A stretch of DNA of 63,538 nucleotides, filler included, from Sphacelaria rigidula (GCA_964200075.2; 3 parts of 3 records of this genome joined end to end with filler, not necessarily neighbours in it), one strand, 5' to 3'; numbered from the whole stretch's first letter, positions 23,263 through 37,100 are shown. Program-made: numbers and translations. Notes: generated by a model from the letters alone, not told the origin.

Positions 23263-24739
23263 CGGTAGATCCGTTAAATGGCTGCGGCTGCCGCCCAACC
23301 CCGGCGAACTCCTCCGTGTGAAAGTTGGACGAAAAGCCGAACCCCTGCACCATGCCGTTCTCATCGGCGCTCAACCCCCGGAGGTCTAGGGGAAAGAAGG
23401 ACTTGAAGTGCCTTAATCTAGTGTACCCTAGCAACCAACCCCACCCTAGCACGCACGGCTATTTCTGGAATGACGTATGGTAGATGGTGGACGCGCACGG
23501 AGAAGGTAAGGCAGAGACTAGGTTTTTCACTGATCATTTCACGAAGCCAACATGAGGTCCGCGCCCGTTTTCTACCTTGATTCAAAGATGTGAAACGGGT
23601 CTATCTGCTGCATATAGTAGAGGATGGGTGAAATTTCGGGGTGGTAGCTATCTGGGTGCACGGAGAGCTGATTCCATACACCGGGCTCCGTAACACAAGC
23701 TCTAGAAATACACCTATGGAGCAGATTGACTTATTCAGAGTATACCTTTCACGCGAGGGTCACACTATGGTTGCGGGCAGCTCATGCTCGGTGCTGATAT
23801 GATGGCAGCAATGTGAAGCCAGTCCTTGATTGTAAAATTGTCGTGCCCTTATATCAATCGCTGGTAAGGACTATGCTCAGTGGCTGAGGACCAGATCCAG
23901 AGGTGGCAGTGACTGATGTTGCGATAGCCCCCCCCCCCCCCCCCAAACCAGTGTGGTCAATGGCCAATCGACTAAGGCAAGCAACAAATGAGTGCGCCCC
24001 CCCCCCCTCCAAACCAGTCTCTGAGCTGTCACAAAAAAAATGGCCATAGAGCGCACGATAACTGGTTTCAGACCTCATGAAGCGCCTCATATGGGCGACA
24101 CGGGGGAAAACGATCTCAGACGTACGAATTCTCACCTGCTCGGTTTGCTCAACCCTTGCCATTTTCATTTAGATGTAGAGTATGCAGCTTCAAACCAGCC
24201 GCTTTTAAGGGGGTGCTATCACGGTATCACTAAAGTCCAAAACCAGGAATGACAACGGAGACTCGATACAACTCCCCCCCACGAAGCCGGGACAAGACAC
24301 ATGGATATTCCTAGAAATTTCGAGGAAGACAAGAAGCTGCCTCCAGACCAGGCATACGCCTCGCACCGATCCGCGACTATGCAATACACAAAAGAGCAGG
24401 CGAAGACAATCAGCTGAACGCCAGTAGAAATCGGCACCAGCTTTTGGCGATGATTCGCAAGAAGTTCCGCAACACCTTGGTGTCGCCACCCGTCGGAACG
24501 ATGCTCACGCCAGGGCGACTGGTGGGTTTGCAAGGCGTATTGAGCCTGCGCCAGTAGAGGAGAGACGTGCCTCCAAAGTCGCGGGCTTCTCTGCTGCATC
24601 TCGTCGATGATCTCAGAGGACGTGGTCAATCGTCATCGGCTGGCACGACTCACCGAGTCTTTACTCTTTTTCACCCGCACCTCTCTGTGTCGCGGCGGAC
24701 GGTGCGGTGTGCTTTGCGTAACACGACTGGCAGGACATG

Positions 24740-25128
24740 AGTGTGTGTGTTGCGTGTGGTTATCTCACTTATTCTCGGCGCCGGCCTACGCCATTCGGTA
24801 TATGTGGGCGTATCATCAGCCGGAGTCACGTAGGAGGGAGGTCGACACAGGACGTTTTTTGTACTTTTTGCCTTGTCGGAGCACTCCTCCTTCCTTCTGC
24901 AATACTTGACTTTTTTTTTCTTCTTTATCGCGAGGAGAATTTAGTGGCTCCTTTCCCTCATGGACCGTGAAATCGATTTTTTGTGTACCCATGACGTGGT
25001 CGCTCGCCACTGTCGGGCATGATGATGTAAGAAAAATCCCGGATCGTGTTATTTCAACGAGATTCAAAGCCACGTCGAAACCGCCCAGAGGGTTTTGAGG
25101 TCACCAACCGGGCCACCGGGGCGACTGG
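24740..25128 (-). mobile_element. tRNA-derived SINE, family 1, copy C (diverged)
   Basis: Same body and head as copy B, ending ..CAACCGGGCCACCGGGGCGACTGG. Confidence 0.75.
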
Positions 25129-26215
25129 TGAGATGTGGTCAACTAAACGGCCTGCCGCACACGTTGAAGTTGGGTCTTTCTTCTTCGAAGGACAAATTAA
25201 TCGCTCAGATATTGGCAGCACTGGTTGTGCCTCAGCCAGTGCCAATATACTGTAAGCACGAATCGTACCGGGATCTGGTTGCAGCCAATGCCCAGCATCT
25301 GAGTTCATTAAAAAATGCCTGGAGCACACCTTTGCACTCTACCTACAATATTAGCTGACACGGTACCAAGTGAGGTTCTGAGGTGGCCATTTCATATACC
25401 TTCTTGTCCTTGTGAGCGAGTTCGCCGTATGAGCCGATTGCAGACGGTGCACGGTTGCGATGGTGGTTGGCGAACGGCCTGATGGTGAGGGTAGCGATGT
25501 TTGCATAGCACCAAGTATATCCTATTTTGAAGCCATTGTTGGCTACTGCAAGTGACAAAAAAACGCTGCTGCAGTACGCATGTTTCGCAAACTACTCTTC
25601 GTTGACGCGAAGTTGGCTGATGCCGTGTGCATGTCCACAGCGGAGGCGACCATGGCTGCCGGCTCGAGCTTGGACTGTCAGGAGGAAACTGCTCATCTCG
25701 AGCAAACTCCCGCGGGATTCCTGTGGTGTGTACTATGGCTGACTGTGGTGATGATTTTTTCTTCGCTTACGTGCATCTTTCCTCTGTCCTTGGTCACTCC
25801 ATGCGGAAAAACTGTCATACGAAAATGCACTTCCGAAGAAACGAACTTCTCGACGACCTGGCCGCCGATTAGGACTTGCTCAATCTGATTCACGGCGGAT
25901 TGCACGAAATCTCTGCCCATGGTCGTTACCTGTATCTGAGGCGGTGAGGAACGCTTGTGTGACATGTCACTGATATTTTTGTACCAGAGTGATCATGAAC
26001 CAACAATGAGTGAACGGCTGAAGGAGCGGCGCCGAGAACGACGGTTCAGAGGACGCACAACCAAACGTCGTGTACGCACACATAATGTGGCTCTCCGTGA
26101 AGACTGATCGTCGACCAACACATATGTTCCGTCGCGCGTTGCAGGTATTTTCTGGCGTGTAGTTGGCGTTTTAACATTTTTGGCTGGCGGAATGCTACCT
26201 GCGCAGCGACACGTC

Positions 26216-29200
26216 ATGGCAATACGGAGAAGCCGGATCGCCAAACTCGCTCTTCTCGTGATATCGTGCACTGGCGTAGCTGCCGCGCCTTGCAGCAACG
26301 ATGCTTCGCGCGTGTGGTCCGTCGACGATACAGCATCAGCTTCGGCTCTTGCTGAAGAAGTAAATTGCTCCGATGGGGTGTTTAATGTAGAATGGACGGG
26401 AAACGTCGTCGTCGAACGCGAAATATATGTGGGAAGTGGGACTTCCCTCCGTGTAGCTGGAACTGATCCAGAGGCCCGCATAAACGGGGGTGGAAGAAAT
26501 CGGCTGTTCACCGTCGAAAACGCGTCTTTGAATGTAAGCAACGTGATCATCAGCAACGGCAATGCAACCGATGGCGGGGCAATCGTTTGTGAGGGATCGA
26601 ACATGTCGTTCTACAACACCTCCTTTATCAACAACGTTGCCGTGCCGGGGAACGGTGGGGCTCTCCATGTTGTCAAGAGTTCCACCGTTACATTGGGCGG
26701 TCTGACGACTTTCCTCAGCAACAGTGCCTCGAAGGGCGGCGGTGCGGCTTTCATTGGTAATAGCTCCAGCGTGTCATTGAGAGGGAAAACGTCGTTTTCC
26801 GGCAACACCGCTCACGACGGAGGTGCCATGTATGTAGGAAATATCTCTGATGCCTTTTGGGAAGCGGAGACATCGTTTGTGGATAATACTGCAGATTTCA
26901 CAGGAGGCGCAATGACCGTGTACAACGCATCGACCGTGTCGTGGCAAGCGCCAACACAGTTCTCCGGCAACAGTGGGCGGTATGGCGGAGGCGTACATGT
27001 TGAAAACAACTCCATTGTATCCTGGGAAGCTGAGACGGTGTTTTCTGGCAACCACGCACCGGATGGCGGTGGCGGTGGGCTAGACGTCTATGACGGTTCG
27101 AGCGCATGGTGGAGTGCGGCAACAAATTTCACTGACAACCATGCTACCCACACCGGCGGAGCGATGCAAGCTAACGCCGCCTCCGTGTCGTGGACAGCGA
27201 AGACTGTGTTCACTGACAATACCGCAAGCTCCGGAGGCGCCATGTACGTCTTACTCGCCGCCACTGCATCCTGGACGGGCGAAACATCGTTCCTAAACAA
27301 CAGCGCTAATTATGGGGGTGCTCTTCTTGCTTCTGACTACTCCAGTGCATCTTGGGAGGGGGATACATCGTTCATTGACAATTCCGCAAATACCTCCGGG
27401 GGTGCTTTGAGTCTCAATATCGGTTCCTCCATATCGTGGACATCAGGGACGACGTATTTCATGGGCAATACCGCCCTGCATCGGGGAGGGGGTGCTGTTT
27501 ACGCGCTGGACCGCTCAAATGTGTCGTGGGAAGCAGAGACTGCGTTTGTGGAGAACTCAGCAACTCGAGCCGGAGGCGCCGTGCTTATTGAATACGGCTC
27601 TAATGTATCGTGGAGAGCAAACACGTCTTTCCGCAATAACGATGCGGGTGCATCAGGAGGGGCTGTTTCGATATCATCGTCGAATGAAAATAGTGAAGAC
27701 ATTTCGTCGTTCATCGTTATCGACGCGCCGACGACGTTCGTCGAGAATAGCTGCAGGGCCGGCGGAGGGGCGATGGCCATTGTCGGCGAGATACCTGCGA
27801 ATTTCACTCCGAATACCGTGAGATTTGAGCGGAACTCCGCAGACTTCGGAGGAGCGGTGTTCGTAGCAAGTTCAGAGATTGGGCCACAGTTCATCGGTGC
27901 AACGTTTACTTCGAACTCCGCCGAGAGAGGCGGGGCGGCATTCCTCACGGGCAGCGGAAACAAGGTCACGGACTACAAATTCCTAGATCCGACTACGTTC
28001 GATCAATGTCAATTTCACCAAAACGTGGCGGGAATAGACGGCGGAGCTGTGGAGACCGGGGCGGGTCGAGATATCTTCACCAACACGTTGTTTGTCGGCA
28101 ACGTTGCACAGGTTGGAGGAGCTTTGAGTCTCGCTGGCGAGGCGTCTATATCTAACTGTACATTCATCGAGAACGCCTCAGCCCAGGGTGACGGACCCGC
28201 GATCTCCAACGTTGGGTCGATTGAAAGGATCGAAAACAGCAGTTTCGCCGACAACGTGTTCGTGTGTGAGCGTGGGAATTTTCTCGACTTTTACTCGGTG
28301 AGATTGGATATGATGCTATGATTAACACCTCTGTTCTCTGTACAGTTTTTACTTGTTATCGCAAATGCAGTAGCGATCCACGTTATTCATTGCTGTGTGC
28401 GAGGACGGATACTGTCAATATGTTGCAACGTGCAGTACTGGTATCGGAAATCAGGTTCACTAGAAATGCCAATAGGTCGTGTATTACTATCTTCAGGAGT
28501 GCCATTATCGACGTAGTGCACACACTATCGTGTGAATTTACCAATATTTGGTACATGTTGTCGTCACTATTTATCTCGAGTGTGAAAAACGACGGCTGTC
28601 ATCGCCCACAGCGCTCACAGGTACACCCCCACCAGGAGACCAGAGACCAACAGCATGAACTACCCCCTCAGCACTCGAGCACTGCCTTTGAACAGTTGCG
28701 GCAGCGATTTTGGTGATGCTCCATTTCGTTGCTGCATTTTTGCTCACTTAGACGGTCAGTAATGAGCTCGATTTTGGGGAGGGACAAGGCCAGAATGCTC
28801 ATGTTTCCTGTCTCCGTCGACGCTTACGGGCGGGCCCCTCGCCGTGAAGGCACCTCAGCACCGATGTGTTGCGGATGTATCGTCTGTTGTGGTCGTGCTA
28901 ATCTTTCACTTTATGTTGATACAATGCAAAAAATCCTTACCGCACCAAGGTGACGCCTGGTCATTGCAGAATGCGAGATATCTTGTGAGCATCATTTTCT
29001 CGTTCTACCATTTTCTGCATTTGAAGCATGGTGATTGCCTGTGTGACCACGCCTACGGCGCATGGTGAAGAGATACAAACGTGACGTTACAGCAGCCAAG
29101 AATCCTGTTCGAGGGTGGTCGTCAGCGGACACATAGCCGAGCTCGGGTGGAATCACGGGGAAGCAATGTGTACGTCGTGACACTATGTACGAATGTCAGG

Positions 29201-30993
29201 TCGCAATATAGGTCGGTCCCACGGGTTGAAATGCTAGAAGGGTCTTCGGCGAACATAGCGCGCACACGAGCCAAACGTAGCGCAACAAGATCCCCATCAT
29301 GGTACAAGTCCCCCGGAGTGTGCCGCATACTCTGATCAACCAATCGCACACCTTGAGGTCTCTGAATCTAAAATCGTGAACGAAATGGACAGAATAACCC
29401 TCAAAAGTAGTATCTGCCGTTACCATGAGAGCCTGCAATGTGCGTGCCACGGGCTGCGAACCAGACGCGGCACGTCCAGCGTCCCATCGCATCGCACGAC
29501 TGTTGCTGGACGTGGGTCCTTCCAGTCCATAGATAACATCATAATCGAGTTGATCCAGTGCAAACCCCTGTCGGAACCAACAGGCGTGTACAACTTTTGC
29601 CGCAACAAATGGAGGTTGACCCTGCTGCACAACGCACGCCGAGGGCAGTGTACCGTGAGGAAGACCACCGGCTATTTCTCGAAAACGGCTCATATGCCGC
29701 AGGCATGGTAGTTTCACTGATCGTTCATGCGGTCTACACACTTGGCGGTGACTACGAAATAGGCACTTCCCGATCGGCTTTTGGTCATCATGAGATCCAC
29801 ATTGGTACTGCGTAGTGAATCAAGAGAAGCAGACAAAATTTCTCGATTATTTTCCGGTGTTTTCACTTTCGCTGAATCTGAAGCGGTGCCGCTTGCTAGC
29901 ATCCGTCCCGAAATTCTCCCCAGGTCGGCTAAAGTAAATACACAATTTGAACTTCTTGCTCGCGTTTTCGAGTACAGTCGACCCCACGTGTTGAAGGGAG
30001 CAGCGCATTGGATACACAATACCCGATCACGGGCTGGATTTTTGCAATCAGCTAATGTGAAATAATCTATCAAACCAATCAGAGGACCCAATTCCCTGGA
30101 TCAAGGGTTTGACAGTTAGGACCTGGAATTTTGCGCACGTTGGACGATACCATGTGTTCCCAATACGTTGTTGGGTCATATCGAGCACACATCTTCTTAT
30201 ACTCAGATGTGCAAGAGTTTCGACCCACTGCGGTGTTCTTGAACCAATCACAGATCCAGCAGGTCTGGGCGGGTAGCACAAGAGTCGTGGCTGAACCCCA
30301 CAAATATCACGCCAGAGTCCGTACGAAGCACGCACGAAATACTCGCAAAACAAGCACATTACGTCTGGTGCTGGTCCATGTTCATCTACACACGCTGTGT
30401 CTGCCTGAAGGAAAAACTGCTCAGAATTGTAAGAGCGGCGAACGCATGCGTACCAATCAAGTTGTCAACATTTCAGCTTTTGACCGTTTTTGCGTGTGTC
30501 AGATGGGTTGGATTGGATACATGCAATGATATTCAAGTCTTTCATTTGAGGAGATTCGACCCCGAAAACGTTGATGCATGCTCATGTCTTCGGTGTCTGT
30601 GGCATATTTGCATGTGTTGCCGATGACACCCACATGATGTCTCCCTTCGAGAAAAAATGGTTTTCGAACGCCCCTTTGTTTCTTTCTCAAGAATTCCAAA
30701 ACGACTGTCAAAACCCTTTTTCCGAAAGGGATTTTCTGGAAGTGGTATCGCACTAAACCGTCGTAGTTATGAAAAATTATTTTTCTGTTCGAATCTCGCT
30801 TCTTTCCGCCCCGGTAGCATAAACCACCAGCTCGATCCAGGCGCAGAGAGCATCCAAGATGATCGACCTTGGTGCTCAGATTTGCAGAAGAGAGTAAGGA
30901 ATATCTCCCTCCGTAGGACGGTTTGCAGTACAGCTTGCCCGAACGCCGGGTTAGCAACATTCGCTGCTCTGTTCATAGAAGGCAGCAAATCAA

Positions 30994-31025
<32 letters not shown>

Positions 31026-34000
31026 GTTTATCGGCTTGATTGACACACAAACCAAGCTATGGTGTTGTCTCTTGTAATACATCATCCCGGGAAAGTCAGG
31101 AAAAGCAACCCCGAAAGGACCTGAACAACAAATCTACGATACGTCTTCGTTTCGTACGTTTTTGCCGCTTCACAGTCGGAAAACATTTTCGAGATCGTCT
31201 GCGACGAATGCCAGATACCATGCCCCACATGCGATTTTGGAGAAAATAGAAGGAAGACTCCGCGGTGCGTGACGGAACTCGACAACTCAGAAAGTGCCGG
31301 CGGCAACGAGACACTGCAGACCCTGTCTATCAACCCAGGTTACTGGCGAGCCACGAACACCAGCTACGACGTGAGAGAGTGCTACAATGCGTACGCATGC
31401 GCTGGGGGACCGACAGGAAATGATGAATACTGCAAGGACGGATACAGAGGGCCATGTGAGAAGCGATTGATTTTGTTGGGTTGGGAGTGTGTCCCGCGCT
31501 CATGGGATATTTCGCAATGAATCAAGTGTATTGTCGTGCCCCTCAAAAGAGAGTTCTATCCGACGAGTGGACCTGTCGTATTCGAGACTTAGTGCTCATG
31601 ATGTCTTGCTCGTCGACCCATTATTCCCTTGACCTATTTCAAAGTCTCGAGGGAGCGCTGGTAACGTCGGGAGAAATCCGACTGTTACATGGCCTGTGCA
31701 ATAAGTCGAGAGTTCTCCTCGGCGAAGATTCGATACGAGGTTGGCGACAAACTGTCCTTTCATCCCCCCCCGTGCGAGGATGGGGCGAGGGATGCGAGGT
31801 CGACGGTCTCATGACTATGGCATGCATGATCATGAGTACATCCCCCCGTGCAATCCTAATGAAGCTGTGCCCGTTGACTTACAACTTCCGTGCCCCTCAT
31901 GCGCAGATTGTTCTATTTGCGAGGCAGGCTTCACTTCGGGCCCAGGTTACACCTGCCACAGCTGCTCCGATACTACGAGTGGCTTGGTACTAGTGGTAGT
32001 CCTTGGCGTCTTAGCGTTTGGTGCGGTTGTTACCTTCCTGCTTTTCATGACGTCCGCGAGTTCGGGGGGTGGTGGCCCAGGAGCTGTGGCGCGCGTGGTA
32101 CGGATCATCCCTTTGCAGTCCGTGAAGATCGTCATTGTTGCGTGGCAAATTTTGACGCAGGTGAGACAGGGAAGCTATGGCAGGTTCTCCCAGGATAGCG
32201 TGCGGTACGTGTTGGTAGATGGATAGATTAGTTGTCCCACATATACTAATCCACCACGACGATGGTCGTACCCGAGGCAATCTCTACGTACCCTCCCGCT
32301 AAGAGGAAACTCAAGGGGAAGGACGAGAAGAGAAATCAGAAACGAAATTAGTGAGCGGAAAGGTTGCCAAGCTAAGAGCTACCAGTGGTTGGCAGGGTTT
32401 TAGATGGGAGGCCATGCGAGACCCGAGGTCACGGGAACAGGTTGCGACTCGACCGTCTTGAGACTGCACCGAAAGGCGAGGAGTCTCGACCCCCGTTTCT
32501 TCAGGAAGGAGACAAGAATACCACCGTTGTAGACGGAAAAATATCGAGAAAAGAAGGAAATGAGGGGGGAACTTGGCGAGGGAAAACATTTAGGGTTGAA
32601 ACAGAGAAAGCAACAGCCGTAAAAATAAGGCAGGGGAACGGCAGAGTACCAAATCTCGTGCTTCCCCCTTCCTCCCACCGCTCCACAGGATAGGAGTCGG
32701 TTGGCAATGATGCTGAAAAGCACGCCACTCACTGCGTAAGCTAAGCAACCAGGTTGTCGGTTTTTTCGGTTGCGTTTTATTTGCGGTAGTCGTGACGGTG
32801 TTCGAGTTAGATGGTGTTATGCAGGATGGAAAACATCAAGTCCGCGCGGAGGGGATGATCCCAACACGTGGGGTCGAATCTGTAAGACACCCATGGGGCA
32901 GTGTGTAAGTCGTGACTATGTCTAGAAGTGGCAAGACAAGAAGATGAAGTAACTCGTTGGAGGCTGTTACCCATATCCAAGTTATTAAGTATGCTTTGGC
33001 CGTACCATCTTATTCGGATGCAGCTCGCCCTTGATGTGATTCGCCGAACACATCACGGCGCTTCGCGCTTGGTGATTGATTGCGAGCGGGGGTCGGCGAA
33101 AACCTAGCGTGCTCCGTCCCGGCTTTGTAGGGACGGGGGGTCAATGGTCTTATTACCATGGAATGCAACGCAATGATTATACCTCACCTACTCCACGCAC
33201 ACAAACCGACACAAACATGAGGATCGAATTGCCTCTCAGCTAGATACCGAAGGAGTGCAACACAAGAGCCAACTTGTAGTTATTTCTCCGTTGCAGCTAT
33301 GGAATGAAATGGGGATTGCTGTAGAGGTTCTTCTCTCTTTTAATTCCCGTTGTGGGTCGATTTTTGCTTGGTATCGAGTCGATCAAGCCAGAGCGAAACG
33401 AGCGGAACAATTCCACGCTTTTTAGGCGGATCCCTACGCATGTCCCACCACTATCGCTCATGACAATGTCCCGTGCCTTCGCCTTGCAGTTCTCCGAAGT
33501 GGCGAACGTTACCTACCCGGACGTATATCAGGAGCTCCTGGATGGTCTGGACGTGCTGAATTTCGATCTGAGCTGGATACTCTCGACCGGGTGTATCTTA
33601 GACGTGGACTTTCACGAGCGCCTCATCATATCCACGATAGCCCCTATCGTCTGTTTGGCAATTCTCGGGGCTACATACTTCTTTGGGGGCCGGGACAGAA
33701 CCGGTTGGTCGGAAACCACTCTAGGATCGTTTCGTCGAAAGCACCTCACCATGGTGATTTTGTTGACGTTTCTGGTGTACTCATCAGTTTCTTCTGTCTT
33801 GTTCCAGATGTTCTCCTGTGATCCCCTGGACGACGGCAAGAACTATCTTCGAGCAGACTACCGAATCGATTGTGATTCTTCAAGACACGTATCATTCCAG
33901 ATCTACGCAGGGTTTATGATTGTCGTGTACACGGTAGGCATCCCCGCTTTCTACGCCACTCTTCTTTTTTGGAATCGTGACGTGTTGACAGACGACGGCC

Positions 34001-34590
34001 GTCGTGAAACCGACATGCGCATTAAACCGATCACGAGTTTGTGGTCGCCGTACCAACCGCAGCGGTTCTACTACGAGGTGATCGAGTGTGGTCGCCGGAT
34101 CGCGCTCACTGGAGTCGTGGTTTTTATATATCCCAACACGTCGGCGCAGATCTCCGTTACGCTCGTACTCACCGTGTTTTTCATTTTCGTGTCGGAGGCG
34201 TTGGCGCCGTTTACGTCCAGATGGGATTCCTGGGTGAATCGTACAGGGCATGCGATTATATTTTTGAGCATGTATGTGGCGCTGTTGTTGAAGATAGACG
34301 TGTCCACCGATGACCCTGCTAGCCGGAAGATGTTTGGAGTCATTCTGGTGTCGGTCAATGTGTTCATGATCGCTGTTGTTATAATCGAAGCCGTCTTGAT
34401 TGCGTGTGCGTTGAGGTACGAAGAGCAAGATGGCCCCGATGAGTCCAAAGGTCGACGAGGTGTCTCGTGCTTTTTCGAAGAAGGAAGTCGCCCTGGGTCT
34501 GCGAACGTCGACGATGCGGAAACGGGAGCAAACATCGTACCGCGCAGGTTCATAGAAATTATCGTACCAGCTAGGGCTGCACACCGGTGA
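26216..34590 (+). CDS. Pmp-like beta-helix repeat, Cys-rich and multipass transmembrane receptor-like protein, ~1238 aa. Exons 26216-28297, 31176-31455, 31907-32160, 33490-34590.
   Basis: Signal peptide (IAKLALLVISCTGVAA). Many FxxNxA..GGA(I/L/M/V) repeats. PGYWR..C..C..YC..GY.GPYCSIC..G..C..C module, then KIVIVAWQILTQ and a hydrophobic multi-TM exon (YLRADYRIDC, YYEVIEC.RR). Junction phases 0, 1, 0 are consistent and the 3717-nt total is divisible by 3. An alternative ATG lies at 26192. Confidence 0.9.
29100..30450 (-). pseudogene. Decayed RNase-H-fold DNA transposase relic (Sola-like/DUF7869-like) in intron 1 of the Pmp-like gene
   Basis: Minus-strand fragments occur in the expected order: EYKKMC..YWEHM, CVDRMNDQ/VKLPCLR (cf. 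DGMDQxKxxLP), LMVTADTT (cf. LYVQADNT) and RHTPGD (cf. GHTHxD). Heavily frameshifted. Confidence 0.4.
30999..31025. repeat. (TA)n microsatellite
   Basis: Directly visible in the sequence. Confidence 0.9.
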
Positions 34591-36127
34591 CACGCCAACC
34601 GTGCGTTTTTCTCCAGGAATTGGGGAGGAGCTGCATGATTAATCGGATATGCGTTGAGACTGGCGTGTGCAATCAGTCACGACCAATGTCTTCGTTGTAG
34701 GCGTCCCTTGGGGCAATTGCTCGCTTCTAGTGCGTCGATGCCGCTGCGTAAGCCGGCTTCACAATCAATTTAGAGGATATTTGTGTCCGAAGAGTGAACA
34801 AGCCACCCTCCGACGAGAGGACGGCCCAACTAGACCAGAGAGGGGTGTTACCAGGTTTCAAAGTGATGGGAAAGGGGGCGAAGATAGAGTAAAATAACGA
34901 AACTTCACGTCCTCGTGACTGAAGGCGGTGGGTAGAATCCGAAGGAACGGTAGTTTTCATCGCAGGCCGAGGCGTTTGGCGACCGCATCGAAGTGTGTGT
35001 GTACCGAGGCCGAACGTGGGGGCTCGGGCGAACGGGACAGTGGTGCACTGCAGCGGGACGATAAGTAAAGCAGCACCGTGAATGTTCAACACCAGGCTTC
35101 ATACAGTACCTTTATTACACGTTAATTGTTTTATTTTCTTCAACCGACCTTGGGATGGTTTATGTATGTGATACATCATATGCCGGCACCTCCCTGGTGT
35201 GTGGTAATCGGTGAATTTTGAATGGTTTTTGCTCCTGGGTGGGTTACCTTGTACTTCTTGGACCATTCCCGATCGGGGACGAGTGTTCATTCGTGAAATT
35301 CCTGGTGATAGCGTCGTTCCGATGATTGCCCACTTTTGTCTGTCATCTAGTATACGACGTTCCCGCAATATGGGGCATCTCTGAATCTAGCCACTGGATG
35401 GCGTACTTAACACCATAATTGGCTATATTTGTATGGTGCGTTTTCGGATGGGTATCGCTTATCTTCGGATCGTAGGGCTCGTGTGTAGAGAAATGAGCGG
35501 GATGGGCAGTGATCGTGGCTAATATCGGAGCTCCCAATTTGTGAAGCCGGTGTGATCCGCGTAGGCCAATTTCTTGTGCTGTTAGACGCCTTGAGAGGGA
35601 AGGAAAACGGACGTCAGGTTATGTATTGGTCCTAGCTTTGCATGCTATACGATGCTCGAGGATATCCCTCTGTTTTTATGCAATTGTTTCGAATTTACGT
35701 CTGTTTGGCCCCGAGTTTGTCATTATTAGTGGGGAAGGTCTCATTAACTGTATGTTCGTTCAAGTTCTTGGATGCTTGATCCACAGCACAAGTTTATCCA
35801 TGCAAAGTTTATCAGTGGGAAGAGGTTATCGGTGATGTGTTATCAGGGTGGAAGTCAATTGACATGTAATGGTACATCAAAGAAGAGTGAGATCCGGAAT
35901 AAGGTATACAAGATGCACAACATAATGATATCGTCGCTTGAGCATAGGTTGCTGTGATGACTATTGCGACTGCCCCCTTGCATACATTGCCCAACACCCG
36001 ATGGGGGTGTGGTGTCCGTATTCGTCGGGGCATCGGTATATTCACGAGAGGTCAGCGGCGAGTTCCATCGACGACGTTGGTAGTGAACGACGGCGTTGCT
36101 TACATATTTGCTTCAGTCACAGCTCTC

Positions 36128-37100
36128 AGCTCCTCCCCTTCCTCGAGACGAGATCGGGGTCTCGAGGGATCAACCCATCTCTGCCCCGGTACACGTCCTG
36201 CATTTTGGTATCGCGGGTTGGGTCACCACTTCTTTTATTGGTACTCATGTCCTGACATTTTTCAAAGACGGCAACCAGATACCGTCACCGCCTCGCGCAA
36301 AGTACTCGAGTGCATTTGCCGGGATAGAACCCACATTCTTCGAACTCAACTGATTTCGGGTGAACCAGTCAGATAATCAGGGTGCGCCAGCATTCGTTGA
36401 GCTGTACATGGTGTAGGCCATTACTAAGCAAGCCGCACAAAACCCGAAACCTCAGTGCACGCGAGTCAGTAGCCGAAACGCCGTCGAGCATTCCGACAAC
36501 GAACCACGTGGTACACGAGATACACCCGGTGGTTCGCTCATGAACATTTGGCATTGACGTTGGCCGCGCTCGATTTTCCGTCAAGCTCGATATATCGTGG
36601 TTTTCCCGGGAAGTTTTACCCTGCAGAGCCACAATGACTTGGCGGTTCAGCTTCAACCTTATAGTACATTCAACATTATCTTGTGCAGATCATGTGGATC
36701 CAGATCTCACTCGCGCGAAATCTCCTTTTTCGATTCCCGTGCAATTTGAGAACGACAGTCGGTAGACGTATTCCTCGTAAACCGACAGACCGCGGGATCC
36801 TATTGTAGATATCAAAGATCAAAGGCAGATATCAGGGAGGAAATTCGTTGATCCCTCGAGACACCAGAATTTTTTTTCCAATTCGAGGAGTTGAAATTCA
36901 GACGAAGGAGCTTCAGGGACGGCCGTGATGACATCAGGTTCTTGATGGAAAACATGGCATATGGCCATCATCATGCGGATTGCGTTCCGTGGCGATTGTG
37001 GGAGCGATAGACTCCACACGCGGCCCACGGGAAGTCAAGTTCTCTAAGACATAGCTACCCGCTCCTGTTCAACCGATGGAACGGTGGAGAACGTATAGAG
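36128..37100 (-). mobile_element. Decayed LINE (RTE-like) 3' portion
   Basis: Minus-strand fragments GRVWSL..QSPRNAIRMMMAICHVF (region around the RT YADD, motif lost), KEISR, RANHRVY and LRF/SGFVR. The 3' segment 36128-36230 is shared with the SINE at 59640-59966. Confidence 0.45.

Noticed and set aside
24219-25558. Minus-strand ORF fragments including KIGYT (GIY-YIG/T5orf172-like?)
   Set aside because: A single short motif, interrupted by a SINE, with no supporting residues.
26180-28321. Bacterial Pmp/autotransporter gene or contamination
   Set aside because: It has spliceosomal introns and a eukaryotic multipass TM C-terminus, and no autotransporter beta-barrel.
35099-35537. Protein-like minus-strand fragments after the Pmp-like gene
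   Set aside because: No recognisable motif or splice model. Possibly a TE remnant but not supportable.
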